Assembly: GCA_977017645.1 (NCBI GenBank) | Contig: OZ360239.1 | Coordinates: 61,628,001-61,692,000, forward strand | DNA: 64,000 bases | Direction of reading: 5' to 3' | Source: Torpedo marmorata | Lineage: Eukaryota | Shown here: in pieces, positions 1 to 14,409 of the stretch | Numbering within the stretch: the first letter of the stretch is position 1 | How the letters are laid out: each line of letters starts with the position of its first letter | Notes under the pieces: generated by a model | Seen by the model: the letters and a program-made list of their open reading frames with translations, nothing else | Database searches by the model: none | Told to the model about the DNA's origin: nothing | Translations under genes and position numbers: made by a program

Positions 1-49
1 AATTTTTTGTTCTAACAAAAATGAATAATGCAAGCTAAAACCTAAGGTT

Positions 50-455
50 AACAGAGCTAGAGCTTTTCTCTATGGAGCCAAGAAGGATGAGAGGTGACTT
101 CGAGGTATGCAAGATTATGAGTGGCATAGATAGGGTGCGCAACCAACACCTTTTTCCCCAGGACAAGAATAGCAAACATGAAAGGATGTCTGCATAAGGT
201 GAGGGGAGGAAAGTTTAGGGGAGATGTCAGGGGTGTTTTATTTTAAAAAAAAACAGTAGTGGGTGCCTGGAAAGCATTGCTGGAGGCTGGTAGAATAGGG
301 ACATTTAAAAGACTCTTAGACAGGCACATGGATACAAGAAAAATAGATGGTTATGTGTATGAGGTAGGAAAGGTTTAGCTTGTTGAGTAGGTTTATATAG
401 GACAGCACAACATCATGGGCCGAAGGGCCTGTACTGTGCTGTAAAGTTCTATGGT
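50..455 (+). mobile_element. CR1/HER1-type LINE 3' fragment
   Basis: Degraded LELFSME.RRMRGD..EV.KIM.GIDR end-of-ORF2 motif and the GGGCCGAAGGGCCTGTACTGTGCTG 3' tail. Confidence 0.75.
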
Positions 456-1771
456 CTCTGACAAAGTGGAAGGCTTGGCAAGCAATATAGATGTTCAATA
501 TAGCAGAATTGAATGGTTTTGCTGTCTTTCTGTAATATGTCAGTTTAAATCCAAAATATTTATCTGTACAGCAGCTACGAGGACAGATATCAAAGCTGCT
601 TCCACTGAATGAGAAAGCTAAAACCTTACTGCAGATCTGATGTATATGAAGTTAAAAGCAGGAAGCATTTCTGCAGCATCATCAGCACACACGATGGATT
701 GAATGGCAAATTGTACTATAAACTTCCATGGATTGTTGATTTGAAGAATGCTGAAAAATTGCCATCATATTACTTTGAACCCAGGTCCCAAGATTGAAGT
801 CCTGCATCTGACTCATTGCATTAGTTTATCTTCTACCACATATAGAGATGCATTTTATGCATAATTGCAAACCTAACATATTTCATTTTTTAAAAATCTG
901 ATCATGCAAAACAAAAATCAGATGGCAAAATGCCAGTTGCAATGACGACAATGAAAGATATCAGGAATCGACTAAAACTTGTGAAAATGAGTCTCTGGGG
1001 TTATTGTTTTTAAACTGTACTGTTGTCTCATCTAGTAATGCACAAATTCAAGACAGGATGGGAGTTTAACAAAAATAAAATTTCTGTCAAATTGTGCAGT
1101 GTTATGTAAAAAATTAACCTATTCCTCTCTAAGACCACTATTTTATAGATCTTTGCCTCAGCTAACTAAAAGTCAGCCACTATTGTGATATTTTGGCATT
1201 TCAGACAAAACTGTTTTTCCTCCAAAATGGCAAGTTTATTAAGGAAATATAATGTAATAACATTGTAATAATGTAACATATAATGTAACAACATTGCTAA
1301 ATTAAGCATGTGGCTTTTATCTTTAAATATCTTACAAAGCAAACAGAAATAACAGTTAAATGTAAAAATAGATGAGATTAAATCAGAATATATGGTGCAA
1401 GTGAATTGTTAACCTTGCATTGAGAACATACTTTTAGTTTCTGACAATCCTGTTTATCAAACAAAACTTAAAAATAGGCCTGGATCGTTTGAATGCCTCA
1501 GGATGTCCAGCAATGGTCAGCTTTACACAATGTAATATGCATTTTTGCTGAACAGGTTAAATCGCAATTAGCGATGTGCTTAACAGCCAATTATGTTGAA
1601 GTAGTGATTGAATTTGAGGAAATGGAAAAAAATACCAGCTAGAATAAGTTGATGTAAATCCTCACATTTCTACTCATTTATAAAAGTCCATTGAAGATGA
1701 AACTTGACAGAAAAAGACTGCCATGTAAACTGCAAGCTGGTTATACCATCTGTATTCAATTACCATATTTA

Positions 1772-1975
<204 letters not shown>

Positions 1976-3342
1976 TCAGTCCTTTTCAAACTGAAGACAG
2001 TTTTTCTCCAAGCTGGATTGCTGATTTTTAATAAAAGACACTTTAAATCATAGATATATACATGTGCCATAAACACCATTTATCCTCCCTTAGCTAATCT
2101 GCAAACATAAATCATCTCCCTCTGGTTGATTATGGGCTCCCTCTATAAATGGGCATGCTTTAAAAAAGAGAATTAATAATTCAGCAATTCACACCATACA
2201 AGTTTTAATGACATTTTTACACAAGACGTGATTACACAAAATTAGTGTTAGTGTCACATGATCCTGAAAACGGAAAATCCTGCTTCATTGCTCCCATTAC
2301 TGTATTCTTCTTTGCATTTACTTCCCCACACATTTTCTGAAGCTCTTCCTTTTAAGCAAACCAGGAACACAAGATGTAAAGCTGGTTCATATGTATAGCC
2401 ATGAAGCTATTACACCCCACTTGTTACGGCAGCAAATTTCCTAGATTACAATCAAACAGAGGAAGAAAAACGCTAGAATTTTATTTTTACCATGTGACTC
2501 ACTGTTAGATATATGAAAGAGAGCCAAGCTTAGCAAAGATATTCTCCCTAAGGTCATATTGCTTGCCAATCAATTCTCAAGTTTCATATGCATGAGGGTA
2601 CCAAAGCCCACGAAGCTATCGATCAATACAAGCCTTACTCCAAGAAAGCTGGGGGATAAAAATGAAACAAAAATGTACGCAATTTGTATTGGATTGTGAC
2701 TTTGAACTTCCAAGAATGTGTTCACATTGAAGGCTGATGTGGTGACAAGCTTTCTTATTCGAGTGGGGATTGAAAATTCAAATTTCATGAACAGCAGGAA
2801 ATGAAATACCAGAGTGCCAATTTAAATAAAAAATAGCAACATTCATTCCTTGTACATGCAAATAATGGATCATTGCAGCAAACATATTAATTTGATATAT
2901 ACATATTAATTTCATGGAGAAATCCATTTTGATCACCTCTGACCACCCCACACAGCTGATCAACTGAACGGAACTTTAGGTATATCAATCAATGGCTGTG
3001 TTGGTTAACTTGAGAGCAACATCCTCTGGTAATGTTCCAGCTTTAGTCGCTCCCATACTATAATCTGTGTATATTCTATTTAGCTGCACAAGTAATTATT
3101 CAAGAATATATATTTTTACTGGGTTTTTTTCCAGTTAAACAGTCTCATCAGATATTGGGAAAACATTTGATAACTAAAATTGACTGGAAATATTAGTTTT
3201 AAATATTTTAAATGTTGTTAATATACTAGAGCATTGGTCAGATGACTCTCTATTTTAATTCTATGTCATCAACAATATTGATACCAGTAAAATGAAGCAG
3301 CAATGTAATATTACTTTTTGCATTATCTCTAAAGAGGAATTA

Positions 3343-3492
<150 letters not shown>

Positions 3493-3634
3493 CTAAAGAA
3501 AAGTAAAAGGGTGTACATTATTTAATAATACAGCTCAATTGCTTTGAGCAGATCAAATTCTCGTACCTGAGGAAAAATAGCAGAGTTTACTTCTGGAAAC
3601 AAGGGTAACAAAAATGGCTGGGCATGCTCCATAG

Positions 3635-3862
3635 CAGCCATTCTCAACAGGGGGCCTACAACCCTCCTTGGAGGCCACAATACATTTAAGTAAAAGCCTG
3701 GTTTTCTTTTCACCTGACATAACAATTTTTTTTTTAAATGTAGTCAGTAGGAGGGAAGTGCAGAAGTAACCAAAACTTGACTGCTTCACAGGGAAGGGGG
3801 CCCATAACTTTGAGCAGAATCCTGGGGGCGGGTCATAGCTGGAAAAAGGTTGAGAATGGCTG
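3635..3862. mobile_element. hAT-like MITE
   Basis: TIRs CAGCCATTCTCAAC / GTTGAGAATGGCTG. The 8-bp flanks are only partly matched (ctccatag / ttttatag). Confidence 0.7.
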
Positions 3863-5641
3863 TTTTATAGTTTCACACAATCTATTAGCACTGACCAAAT
3901 TTACATCGCAATAATATGAATACAAGCCAATATTTGAGATGACATTATAGTATACAGCCAGTCCACAGGAAACAAGACAAACCCAATGAGATCAATTAAC
4001 ATCCCATAAAGTTTTGTAATTTAACAATGTGGTTGCACTGGAATGGATGCAGAGGAAATTCACTAGAATGTTCCTTGGGTGGAGCATTTAAGCTACGAGG
4101 ACAGACTAGTTCTGTTCACTAAAACTGAAAAATGAACGATCTCAACGAGGAAAAAAAAATCAAGCACAGCATGGAAAGATAAGCACTTAAAATTCCATTA
4201 CAGAGAAGGCTACAGGCTGAATGTGGGAAATGAGATTGGTATAGATAGATACTTGATGGCTAACATCAATACAGTGGGTTGAGGGGCCTGTTTCTGTGCT
4301 GTGCAATTCTAAAGTGTTGTCAATGGACAGGTACTTAGTAGCATTTACAAATTTATAAACTGTGCATCAGCGGCGAGAATGGGTCCAGTCAGAGCCTTGT
4401 TTCAAACAAAGATGGTCACAGCAGAATTCCGGAGACGAGCAGAGACTATTCTGAACATCACCAGTAACTTTTGATCAAATATGACAAAGAGTCATGGACA
4501 AATTTAATGGGAGTGAAGGGAAAATACTTTCCATTGCCTTGAGTCATACAGATTTGGGAGCTGGCTGTTTGACGTCCATTCACTTTAGGCCACATTAATA
4601 AATAGTTTTCCACAGCCCTCCCCCACTTCATTTATTACATGATCTGAAGTGGGAAATTTACTGGTTTTCAATGTTTGAACTGAAAAGTGGCAACTGACAC
4701 TCATCAAATGTCTGATTCAATGGCGTCTATCATTTACCAGCAAACTAAATTCTGTAGCTTTAAACTAGAGATTCTGTGATTAGATGACCCAATTCCTAAC
4801 CTTAAGTTTTTTTCACAATCTACAACACATATTCCATCTAATTTCTGACCTATGTATGCAGCTCCAATAGTACCTTAGCTAGGCAGCATCAGGATAAAGC
4901 AGCCTGCTTGTTTTGCATTCCATCCAGCACATTAAACATTCATGTGGGAGACAATGCCTGCAACACGTCTTGTCTACTAAATGCTCTACAGCACCTTCCA
5001 AGTATACAACAAACATCACCTATAAAGAGAAGTGCATGTACATGTGTAACATCTCCACTTCTAGGCTACATTTAAATTTGGAAATATATTGGCATTCCTT
5101 CATTATGCTTGGTCAAAATTCTGGAACTTAGTAACAGCACATCATACAGATCACAGTATTTCATACAGCAGCTTATCACCTTTTCCAGGACAAATGTGGA
5201 TGGGCAATAAATGCTGGCTTGCCAAAGATGTCACATCTTGCAATAAATATAAAACAACCAAAATGTCTTGACTATCTCAATTGGATCATTTGTATGTGGA
5301 CCTTGCATCATTTCACCTAAAGCAGGATTTATCTTACAATTATTCTGAGATAATACAATAAAAGACAAAAGTATTTTTTTGTTTTGCCTGCTGGAGTTTT
5401 CATACAAAGTTAGCAGAATACCACAAATTGAAGCAAACAATTAATAAATAGCAATTGATTCACAAATTGAGACATTTTAATATGTTTATAATGTGCTTTA
5501 ATAGCAACTAAACTATGGTTTCAAAAAGCTGAAACTAAAAATTATGATCAACCCACCCCACTCAAGACTTTGACTTACTGCGTGATACTGCAAGGCTTCT
5601 ACAAGGGAGGAACACAGGCTAACAGGTATGAGGTAATAGGA

Positions 5642-6424
5642 CAGGGGTAGACAAACCATGGTTTGCAATCCACATACGGCTCTGACATATAATGTGCGAC
5701 TCGCAGAAATTCGTTGGCCAAGACAGGAATCACAATGGTAGTTTTAGTAGGCGTGGCTTGCGATTGAAAATATTTGGCATGTATACTGTAAATACGCGTG
5801 TAAAAGTCGACCCCCCTATTTTTGGCCCCGGCCACCCACCCATCCGAGCTCCCGACGCCCCGACTGCCGTCTCTCACTCAGACCCCGGCCGCACGCCCTC
5901 CGGAGCTCCCAACGCCTCGACCGCAGACTCTCACCTAGGCCCCAGCCAGCCGCCCATCCAAGCTCCCAACACTCCGTCCGCTTACTTACCACCCGGTCCC
6001 GGCTGCCCGATGCTGACTTACCTCGCGGTCCTGGAAGCCCGCTCGCCCATCCAAGCTCCAGGCACATCGAACGATGCAGGTACTTACTGAGGTCAAGAGT
6101 AGTATGCGTGTCATAGTCGCCACCCCCCTCCCCCCTAAATTTTACCCTAAAAATTGGACCACAAAATTCGACTTATTCGGAACACAGATACTGTATGTGT
6201 ACTTTTTGATTATTGAAACTATTACAAATTATCAGTTTAAAAACCACATACATGACTAAATATTATTACGTACATATATTTCTTAATATTTATATAAAAT
6301 TTTTGTAACAAAATGTGCATGCAAGAGTAAAAGCATATGTAATATTTTTTCATGTCTTACGACTCTCAAAAATTTGAAGTTTATCATATGTGGCGCTTAC
6401 GTCAAGCAAGTTTGGCCACCCCTG
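5642..6424. mobile_element. Non-autonomous hAT element
   Basis: TIRs CAGGGGTAGACAAAC / GTTTGGCCACCCCTG, with a perfect 8-bp TSD TAATAGGA at 5634-5641 and 6425-6432. Confidence 0.9.
5786..6193. mobile_element. pogo/Tc1-mariner-type MITE with GC-rich repetitive interior, nested in the hAT element
   Basis: Left end TA|CTGTAAATACGCGTGTAAAAGTCGAC with internal GTCGAC-type subterminal motifs as in 62320-62666. The right end is degenerate. Confidence 0.6.
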
Positions 6425-7352
6425 TAATAGGAGGATACAGGTGGGAGGATAGAAGAGAAAGAAACTGAGAAGTGATAGGGGAGAGGGCAGAAGCCCAAGA
6501 AGGGTAGCTCTCTGATAAGTGTAGGAAGGGAAAAGGGCTGGAAGAAGGGAGACAATGGGATGAGGGAGGGAGACTGGGGGAGGGGGTTAATGGAAATTGA
6601 AGGTTGACATTGACACGGTCTGGTTGGAGACTGCCGAGACGGAATACAAAATGTTATTCCTCCAATTTGTGGGTGGTCTCAACTTGGCAGTACACAAGGC
6701 CATGGAAAGACACTGTGGTAATGGTGTAGAATTGGTGGTTGGCCACTTGGAGGTCCTTGCAGCAGAGAGAGCAAAGATGCTCAACGAAGCGATCTTCCAG
6801 CCTGCGTCCATTCTCCCTGATGTAGAGGCTGCATTGGAGCACTAAAATCCATAAATGATCCCTACAGCTGCACAAGTGTTGCTTCACTTGGAAAAAGTGT
6901 TTGGGGTCTGGAATAGTGGCAAGGGAGGCGGTGTGGGCACAGGTGTAGAATTTCTTGTGGTCACAGGGATAGGTACCAAGGGGCCAATTGGTTGTAAGTG
7001 ATGAGTGGATGTGGGAGTCAGAGGGAGTGATCCCTATGGAAAGCAGAGAGGGGAGGGAAAGATATGTCTGGTGGTAAAATCCCATTGCATGTGGCAGAAA
7101 TTGTGGAGAATACGTTGGATGCTGAGGTGGTAGGTAAAAACGAGGGGAACCCTGTCCTTATTGCATCTGGGACAGGGAAGGTGCATTGTGGTTAAAACCT
7201 CAAGTAGGTTTTTGACAGTTACAGACTTGACAACTCTGATGCATCTCTGATCTGGCTCCCATCCATTATTTGTCATAATCTGACAATAGTAATTAACCAA
7301 ACAGCTTTTCCCTGAGACATGAGTGCTTGACTATTTTTCACAGATCATGGTA

Positions 7353-7776
7353 CAGGTGCCTAACCTTTTATCCGAAATACCAAAAACCGAACATTTTTTC
7401 CAGTATATTTTTCAGGTGTTTAGCTTAGTTTGAGCCAGTTAATGTTTGAAGTTTTACTGTATGTTTTACTTAAAAATAAAAAAAAGTACGCTAGTAATTT
7501 TATGGTTTATCTTTATCTCACTTCATTTACCATCCCCCACCCGTCCAGCGCTGCCACAAACACCCCCGTCCAGCGCCACTGTGAACACCCCCGTCCAGCG
7601 CCGCCGCAACCCCCACCATCCAGCGCCGTCGTCCAGAAACCCTTCTAGTTGGAGTGTGTCTTTGTTTTGCGTGAATCTGAAGCAACGCAATTATTTTAAA
7701 GTACCGCCGTTAAAATAATTCTATAATCCGAAAAAATCCGAATTCCAAGGTTTTCGGATAAAAGGTTAGGCACCTG
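7353..7776. mobile_element. Tc1/mariner (Tigger-like) MITE
   Basis: Perfect 25-bp TIR CAGGTGCCTAACCTTTTATCCGAAA, TA TSD, and internal CCCCGTCCAGCGCC repeats. Confidence 0.92.
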
Positions 7777-8540
7777 TATTCAGTAACAATACAACATTTA
7801 AGGTTAACTTCACTAAGTGCAAATGAGCTACATTTTTAGAAAAAAAGGACTTCAATTGCCTCAGCTCCAACACAAAATTCTAAAATTTCAAACAAAATAC
7901 CAACAATGGCATTACCACTGACAAATTTGTTCTCCTTCCAAGTAACCAAATACACATTTGCAATACAGTGAACAGAGAGGCAACAAACAATCCTTTTTTA
8001 CCCTAATTTCCTTCAGATTATCTTCACTTATCTCTATTAGAGGTACAAATTCTTACTGGTGTGTGTCTGTGTAGTACATGCACACCATTGCCTTGCTCAA
8101 GTCAACTTTTAGAAGGCTTTTCAAACAAGTATGACAACCGGAGCAGATTCTCACCTCAACCTTGTAATAGTTGGAGACTTCCCAACACTATGTAAGAGAA
8201 TAAGAGTTGAAGTGCAAAAGGCAGAAGTTTCAGAAATATTGACAAGAGAGTTTCTCTGATCACCAAGTTAACATTTCAACAAACATAGCAACACTGCTTG
8301 ATCTGTTTGCAGGGAGGAAAGTTGGACAAGTAATTGCAATATTAGGATAGTTATGGAAAAGGTCAATGAACATCAAAATGAAAAGTAATCAACTAAAGAA
8401 AGGTTAACTTCGGTGGCTTGGGAAGACATCTGGTTCAAGTGGATTGGAAGTAAGGCTTTGTATTTAATAAGAAATGTGGAGACAGTTTGAGCCAAAGAGA
8501 AAAGCAACATTTTGCAAAGCTACAGCTTCCTAGATAAAGG

Positions 8541-10235
8541 CTGGTGTTGAAGCATATCAGCTTGTGACTGAGAGGTGACATGGATATGTTCCATTTCGCC
8601 TATCGTAGCAACAGGTCTACAGCGGATGCCATCTCACTGGCTCTACACAAAGCCCTGGAACACCTGATGCATTCATCAGGATGCTCTTTATCGACTACAG
8701 TTCGGCATTTAACACTATCATCCCCTCAAAACTGGTCAGCAAACTCCAAGACCTGGGACTCAACACCCCGCTGTGTAATTGGATCATGGATTTCCTCACC
8801 TCCAGACCACAATCAGTGAGGACTGGCAAGAACATCACCTCCACAATCTCCATCAGTACCGGCCCCCTAGCGCCCTGCTCTACTCACTTTACACCTACGA
8901 CTGTGTGGCTCAGTACGACAATAACATCTACAAATTTGCCGACGATACCAGGGTAGTGGGTTGTATAAAGAAAGGTGATGAGTCAGCATACAGAAGGGAG
9001 ATTGAAAACTTGGCTGAATGGTGCACCAACAACAACCTTGCACTCAATGTCACCAAAACTAAGGAGCTGATTGTTGACTTCAGGAAGGGAAAGCCAGAGG
9101 TGCACGATCCAGTGATCATTGGGGGATCAGAGGTGGAGAGGGTGAGCAAGTTTAAGTTGTTGGGAGTTACTATCTCTGAGGATCTTTCCTGGACCGAACA
9201 CACTAAAGGCATCATGAAGAAAGCACGTCAGCGCCTCTACTTCCTCAGGAGTTTGCGGAGGTTTGGTATGACACCAGAGACCCTGGCAAATTTCTACAGA
9301 TGTGTGGTGGAAAGTGTGCTGACTGGCTGCATCACGGACTGGTATGGGGACACCAATAGACCTGAGCGTAAAGTCCTGCAAAAGATAGTGGACACAGCCC
9401 AGGACATCACAGGCAAAACTCTCCCCACTACAGGGAACGCTGCTGTCGGAGAGCAGCAGCAATCATCAAGGATCCACACCACTCCACTAGAAAAAATTAC
9501 TTATAACTTGCGAAATAAATATCATTCTTTCTTGAAAATTTGGGGCCCATACATGAGGATTATGGGTTTAACAATTTAAATTCTCTAGATATCGGATCCA
9601 CTGGCGAAAATAAGCTCTAAGGTAAATTAGTATTAAGTTTGTTGTCTCCTCATCCTATTTTTCTATCTTTCCTTTTTCTTTTTTCTTTTACTATATTATA
9701 TTTTATTTTGAGAGTAGTGGGGATATAGGGGTTAGGGAGGGGAGGGTGGGAAGGGGGGAGAAAACGTATATCACATGTATTTTTGAAATATATGCAAAAT
9801 TATTTTATGTATTTTGTGATTTAAAAATTTAAATAAAATATTTTTTTTTTAAAAAGGATCCACACCACCCAGCACATGCTCTGTTTTCGCTGCTGCCATC
9901 AGGAAAGAGGTACAGGTGCCACAAGACTTGCACCACCAGGTTCAGGAACAGCTGCTATCCCTCCTCCATCAGACTCAACAAAAAACTCAATCAGGGACTC
10001 ATTTAAGGACTCTTACTTGTGCACTTTATTGACTTTTTAAATTCTCTCTGTATTGCACAGTCGGTTTGTTTACATTTGTCATCTGTTTACAGTTCTTTAT
10101 TTATTTACATGAAAACACTGTACAGTTTTGTTTTTGCACTACCAATAAGTGGTAATACTGCCTCGCCCGTAGAAAAAGAATCTCAGAGTTGTATGTGATG
10201 TCATGTATGTACTCTGACAATAAATATGAATAAAA
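8541..10235 (+). mobile_element. Rex1/Babar-clade LINE, 5'-truncated and decayed, interrupted by an L1 at 9483-9853
   Basis: RT motifs [30 protein letters not shown] and NNLALNVTKTKELIVDFR, plus KARQRLYFLRSLRRFG and a 3' UTR. Confidence 0.92.
9483..9853 (+). mobile_element. AT-rich L1-clade LINE 3' end
   Basis: PLEKITYNLRNKY..FLKIW ORF2 end, G-rich 3' UTR and AATAAA. 15-bp TSD AAGGATCCACACCAC at 9468-9482 and 9854-9868. Confidence 0.92.
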
Positions 10236-10454
10236 AAATAAAGATATAAGGAAAATGGGTAACTCCTTAATTGACAAAAAGTTGTCTATAAATTGGTACA
10301 AAGATTTGCAGATCACTTGTTTATAGCTTTACTAAACTATTGCTTTTAGGACCAGAAAACCGTTTCACACCTCCATTCTTCTGTGATCGGAAAACTAAAT
10401 TATATAAATATTACAGTTCTTTTCCATGTTTTGTCACTGAACAGAATATCCATG

Positions 10455-11485
10455 CTGGAACTCGAGACCCCTCTCTGTAACTGGATTCTGGACTTCCTAA
10501 TGGAAAGATCACAGTTTGTCCGGATTGGCAGCAGAACGTAGAGCACCATCACACTGAGCACTGGTGCACCTCAGGGCTGTGTGCTCAGCCCATTCTCGTT
10601 CACGCTACTGACCTACAACTGCAACGCCAGATCCAGTTCCAACAGTCATCAACTTTGCAGATGACACGACAGTAGTTGGCCTCATCAGCAACAACGAGTC
10701 GTACTACAGAGAAGAGGTGGAAAAATCACGTGAAGTGGTGCGAGAATAACAACCAGAGTCTCAACGTGGACAAGACGAAGGAGATGACTGTGGACTTCAG
10801 GAGGACCAGAGACAATCACCCTCCACTACACATTAATAGCTCAGTAGTAGAGAGAGTAGAAAGCACCAAGTTCCTCGGAGTCCACTTAAGAAGTGACCTA
10901 TCCTGGACACAAAACATCTCACTTGTCAGGAAGGTGCAACAGCAACTGCACTTCCTACGAAGACGGAAGTGGGCAAGGCCACCATTCTGTCAACTTTCCA
11001 CAGGAGCTTTGAGAGCATCCTGGCTGGCTGCATCACTGTGGTCGCTGTAGAGAAGTGGATCAGAGGCCAATCCACAGGGCCATAAGAGAGCACGGAGGAA
11101 CACTGGGGTCTCCCTCAACACCCCCCCCCCAATCAATGTGATTTACTGGGATTGTCGTCTTAAGAGGGCTTGCAAAATCAGTGAGGACCCCTACCACCCA
11201 GCACTTATCTTCCAGCTACTCCCGTCAGGAAAGAGATGCAGGAGTATCAAAGCCAGAACCACAAGGCTGAGAAACAGCTTCTTCTCAAGGGCAGTGAGAC
11301 TGCTGAAAGACTGATGACGCAACTATTTAACAATAATATTTATTTTAATATTTGTTTATATGTACTGTGCATATGTACCATTATGTGTGTTGTATCTGCG
11401 TTTGCAGCGTTGCACCAAGAACTGGAGAACACCGTTTCGTCGGGTTGTACTTGTACAATCGGATGATAAATAAACGTGAACTTGT
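10455..11485 (+). mobile_element. Rex1/Babar-clade LINE fragment
   Basis: LSTGAPQGCVLSP, FADDTTVVG and LNVDKTKEMTVDFRR motifs, frameshifted. Confidence 0.88.
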
Positions 11486-11757
11486 GACACCTCATTCCCA
11501 ATTCTCCAACCAATAAAGTACCAGAATGTAGTTAAATGTTCAGAATATATTCATCATGCACTACGCAAATGATGATGAAATATTGATATTTAATTAAACT
11601 AAAATTTCACATTCGTTCAACTAAAATAGGCATTTCCAAACATCTTTCTAAAACTTCAGCTCTGAAAATCCACACTGTTTAAATAAATATTAGCATTATA
11701 ATATTTATGTTACTCAAACATGTATTATAATTGCATATTTGTAAAATTTACTCTTTA

Positions 11758-12033
<276 letters not shown>

Positions 12034-12577
12034 TTACAAATTATTCACAAAAAATGCAAAATGTCATTTTATTAACAATGATTTTGTGCAAATATTATGC
12101 ACGGTGGTCATAGCAAAAGCTGATCGAGTTAATGACTGAAATAATTTTGCTTGAGACTTTTGGGTTTAAAAAGAATCAGCAGGATACAAATGCACAAAAA
12201 TGTACAAAAATACTGTACAAAATTTCATGGCAGATATTGTTTTCACATTGTACCAAAGCAATAATTTTGCTGCTCTAATAAGAATAATGCCACTAGTCTT
12301 CAGCATAGAAATGTGGATCCAATAGATATATTTGACAAAAAAAAGCATTTTTTGTATTGCACTTGTTGGAAAGTTAAAACATTGCAGAACATAATTATTG
12401 ATACGCTGTTTGCTAGAATAGAATTAATATTTATCATCAGCTAAATATGTTAAAGGCCAAAAATTTGGCATGCTTTGTTTTGTGTACACTTTTACTTATT
12501 TCCACTCTGGCAAATAAGGTAGATTTTACCCATTTGGGTAATCTCAAAATATAAATGTCAATAAATGGTTAACCCAC

Positions 12578-12621
12578 CTCTACAATTAAATTTAGTAGCA
12601 TCATAATGTCTTTCTGCACAT
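12578..12621 (-). CDS. PTEN: PTEN-family coding exon 4 (44 bp)
   Basis: cag|A TGT GCA GAA...AGA G|gtgggt, translating to (L)CAERHYDATKFNCR(V). It is 44 bp as in PTEN. Confidence 0.97.
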
Positions 12622-13777
12622 CTGCAAGGGAAAATTAAAAAGAAATGTTAGTCATTATATCTGAAATAAGGTATGAAAGAATTACCGTAGGTTAATCATA
12701 CGCATGCGATTAAACACTATTTTCAGTATTGCTTAGCAATGTTCCATACCAAACATCTCTTTTTGAGAATGTCATTGATCAATATTTGCTGAGCTCACCG
12801 GTATGTACAAAAATCAGAGCAACCCAAGACCAGAGCAAATGGTTAAACATGGAAATCATAAGTCAATGTTGGAAATACAGCACTTTTACTGGCTTCAGGA
12901 AAAACAACATCCTACTGCATGCTTTTCATTCAAAGGCATTGAGTGACATGTAATTCTTGCACTATAAAATAGGAAGTAAAGTTGCCAGAGAAAGACAGTA
13001 TCAAGTCCAAGAACTATTTAAACAATGTGATAAATAATAATTATTCTGCCCTGGCTTAACTTATGTATCGTAGTTTGTGTTTTCTTGTAAACTGCATTTA
13101 TTCTCACATTTGGCACATATTTTACAGTAGAGGCTATGGTGAGAAGCTCAGCAACTTCTCTGGACAGAACATTTCAGAAGTTTAATGTGGAAATCATACT
13201 ACTGTTGTCCAAACTACCCTCTTCTTGAGAAATTGTAATAGCCAAGAACTTCGTAGACCTTGCATTGAAATACTTGTTATGGTTCGAAGTTGGTTATGTA
13301 AAAGACATCTACTAAGCATGCCAAAGTTGTTTAAGGCTTGTGCATTCCAACCTCAATGAATTTTTAATGGTACAGTCATTATTTTATTAACAAACAAAAT
13401 TAATAAATGGGGTTTTTCATACCTTCAGATTTAAAAATGTCACTAACGAGCCTATTAAGCAATTTATGAGGAATTTCTTAGTGTTTAGAAATATGGAACT
13501 AGTTCCATCAGATGGCATAGATGAATTGAAAAGGCAAGATTAAGTACCACACCACAAAAGGCAAAACTGGTCGGATCATATGCATGCTAGGGAAATTTAT
13601 GCACAGCACAAAGCTTCAGCTGGACTAAATTGCTTGGTTTTGTACTCAAAGTACAAAGAAAATTCTCTATAGTTTGCCAGGCTTTCAATTGTACAAAATT
13701 ATTCTCAATCCTGGTCATAAATTGCAACAGCTATACTGAGGAATCTATTTGTTTGTTTCTCTATTCAGCTCTTATAA

Positions 13778-14051
13778 ATTTTTTTTTTTTTTTTTAAATT
13801 TAGACTTACAGCACTTTAACAGGCCATTTCGGCTCTACAAGTCCATGCCGCCCAATTTACACCCCATTAACCTACACCCCCGGTACATTTTGAAGGGTGG
13901 GAGGAAACCAGAGCCCCCGGAGAAATAACAAAGCAGACACTGGGAGAACATACAAACTCCTTACAGACAGCGTGGGACTCGAAACCAGGTCCGGTCCCAA
14001 TCGCTGGCGCTGTAAAGGCATTGCGCTAACCGCTACGCCAACTGTGCCGCC
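13778..14051 (-). mobile_element. tRNA-derived V-SINE (HE1-like)
   Basis: The minus strand begins GGCGGCACAGTTGGCGTAGCGGTTAGCGC (A box) followed by GTTTCGAGTCCC (B box), the V-domain GGAGTTTGTATGTTCTCCC, a CR1-like tail and an A-rich end. Confidence 0.88.
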
Positions 14052-14409
14052 TCTTCCAGTATAATATTTCTAAAAGGTTGATTCGATAAGACAGAACTGA
14101 TAACTTTACATTGGTCTAGATTTTGCCATCAGTGAGAAAGAGATGGCTCGAGCTGATGACCTTAAGGATGGTTATCCATAAAATTTTGTGATCTCTGTGG
14201 TGTTCCAACAAAATTTTTCAAATCCAGCAACAGCAATCTCAAAGGTCATTGAGCTGCCAATCATTGAAAAATTCATAAACAGGAAGTAACAACCACAACT
14301 ATGAGCTACCCTCAATCTTTGTCACGTGCTGATTTGTTACCAGTGGATTTGTGAGTTTGGCCCTTTTGAACATATCGATGCACCAGTACACATTGAGAAA
14401 CTAATTATC

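Larger units (their letters stand above)
5595..7190 (-). mobile_element. Penelope-like retroelement remnant (GIY-YIG endonuclease end), interrupted by a hAT element
   Basis: Degraded peptides RVPLVFTYH..IQRILHNF and LYIRENGRRLEDRFVEHL..DLQVANH resemble the Penelope RT C-terminus and GIY-YIG domain. Confidence 0.8.

Noticed and set aside
8779-9579. 266-aa ORF that looks like a novel RT fusion protein
   Set aside because: It is a chance read-through from a decayed Rex1 into an L1 3' end inserted with a 15-bp TSD.
13950-14051. tRNA gene (also at 42180-42268)
   Set aside because: These are A/B-box heads of V-SINEs followed by SINE body and tail, not complete tRNAs.
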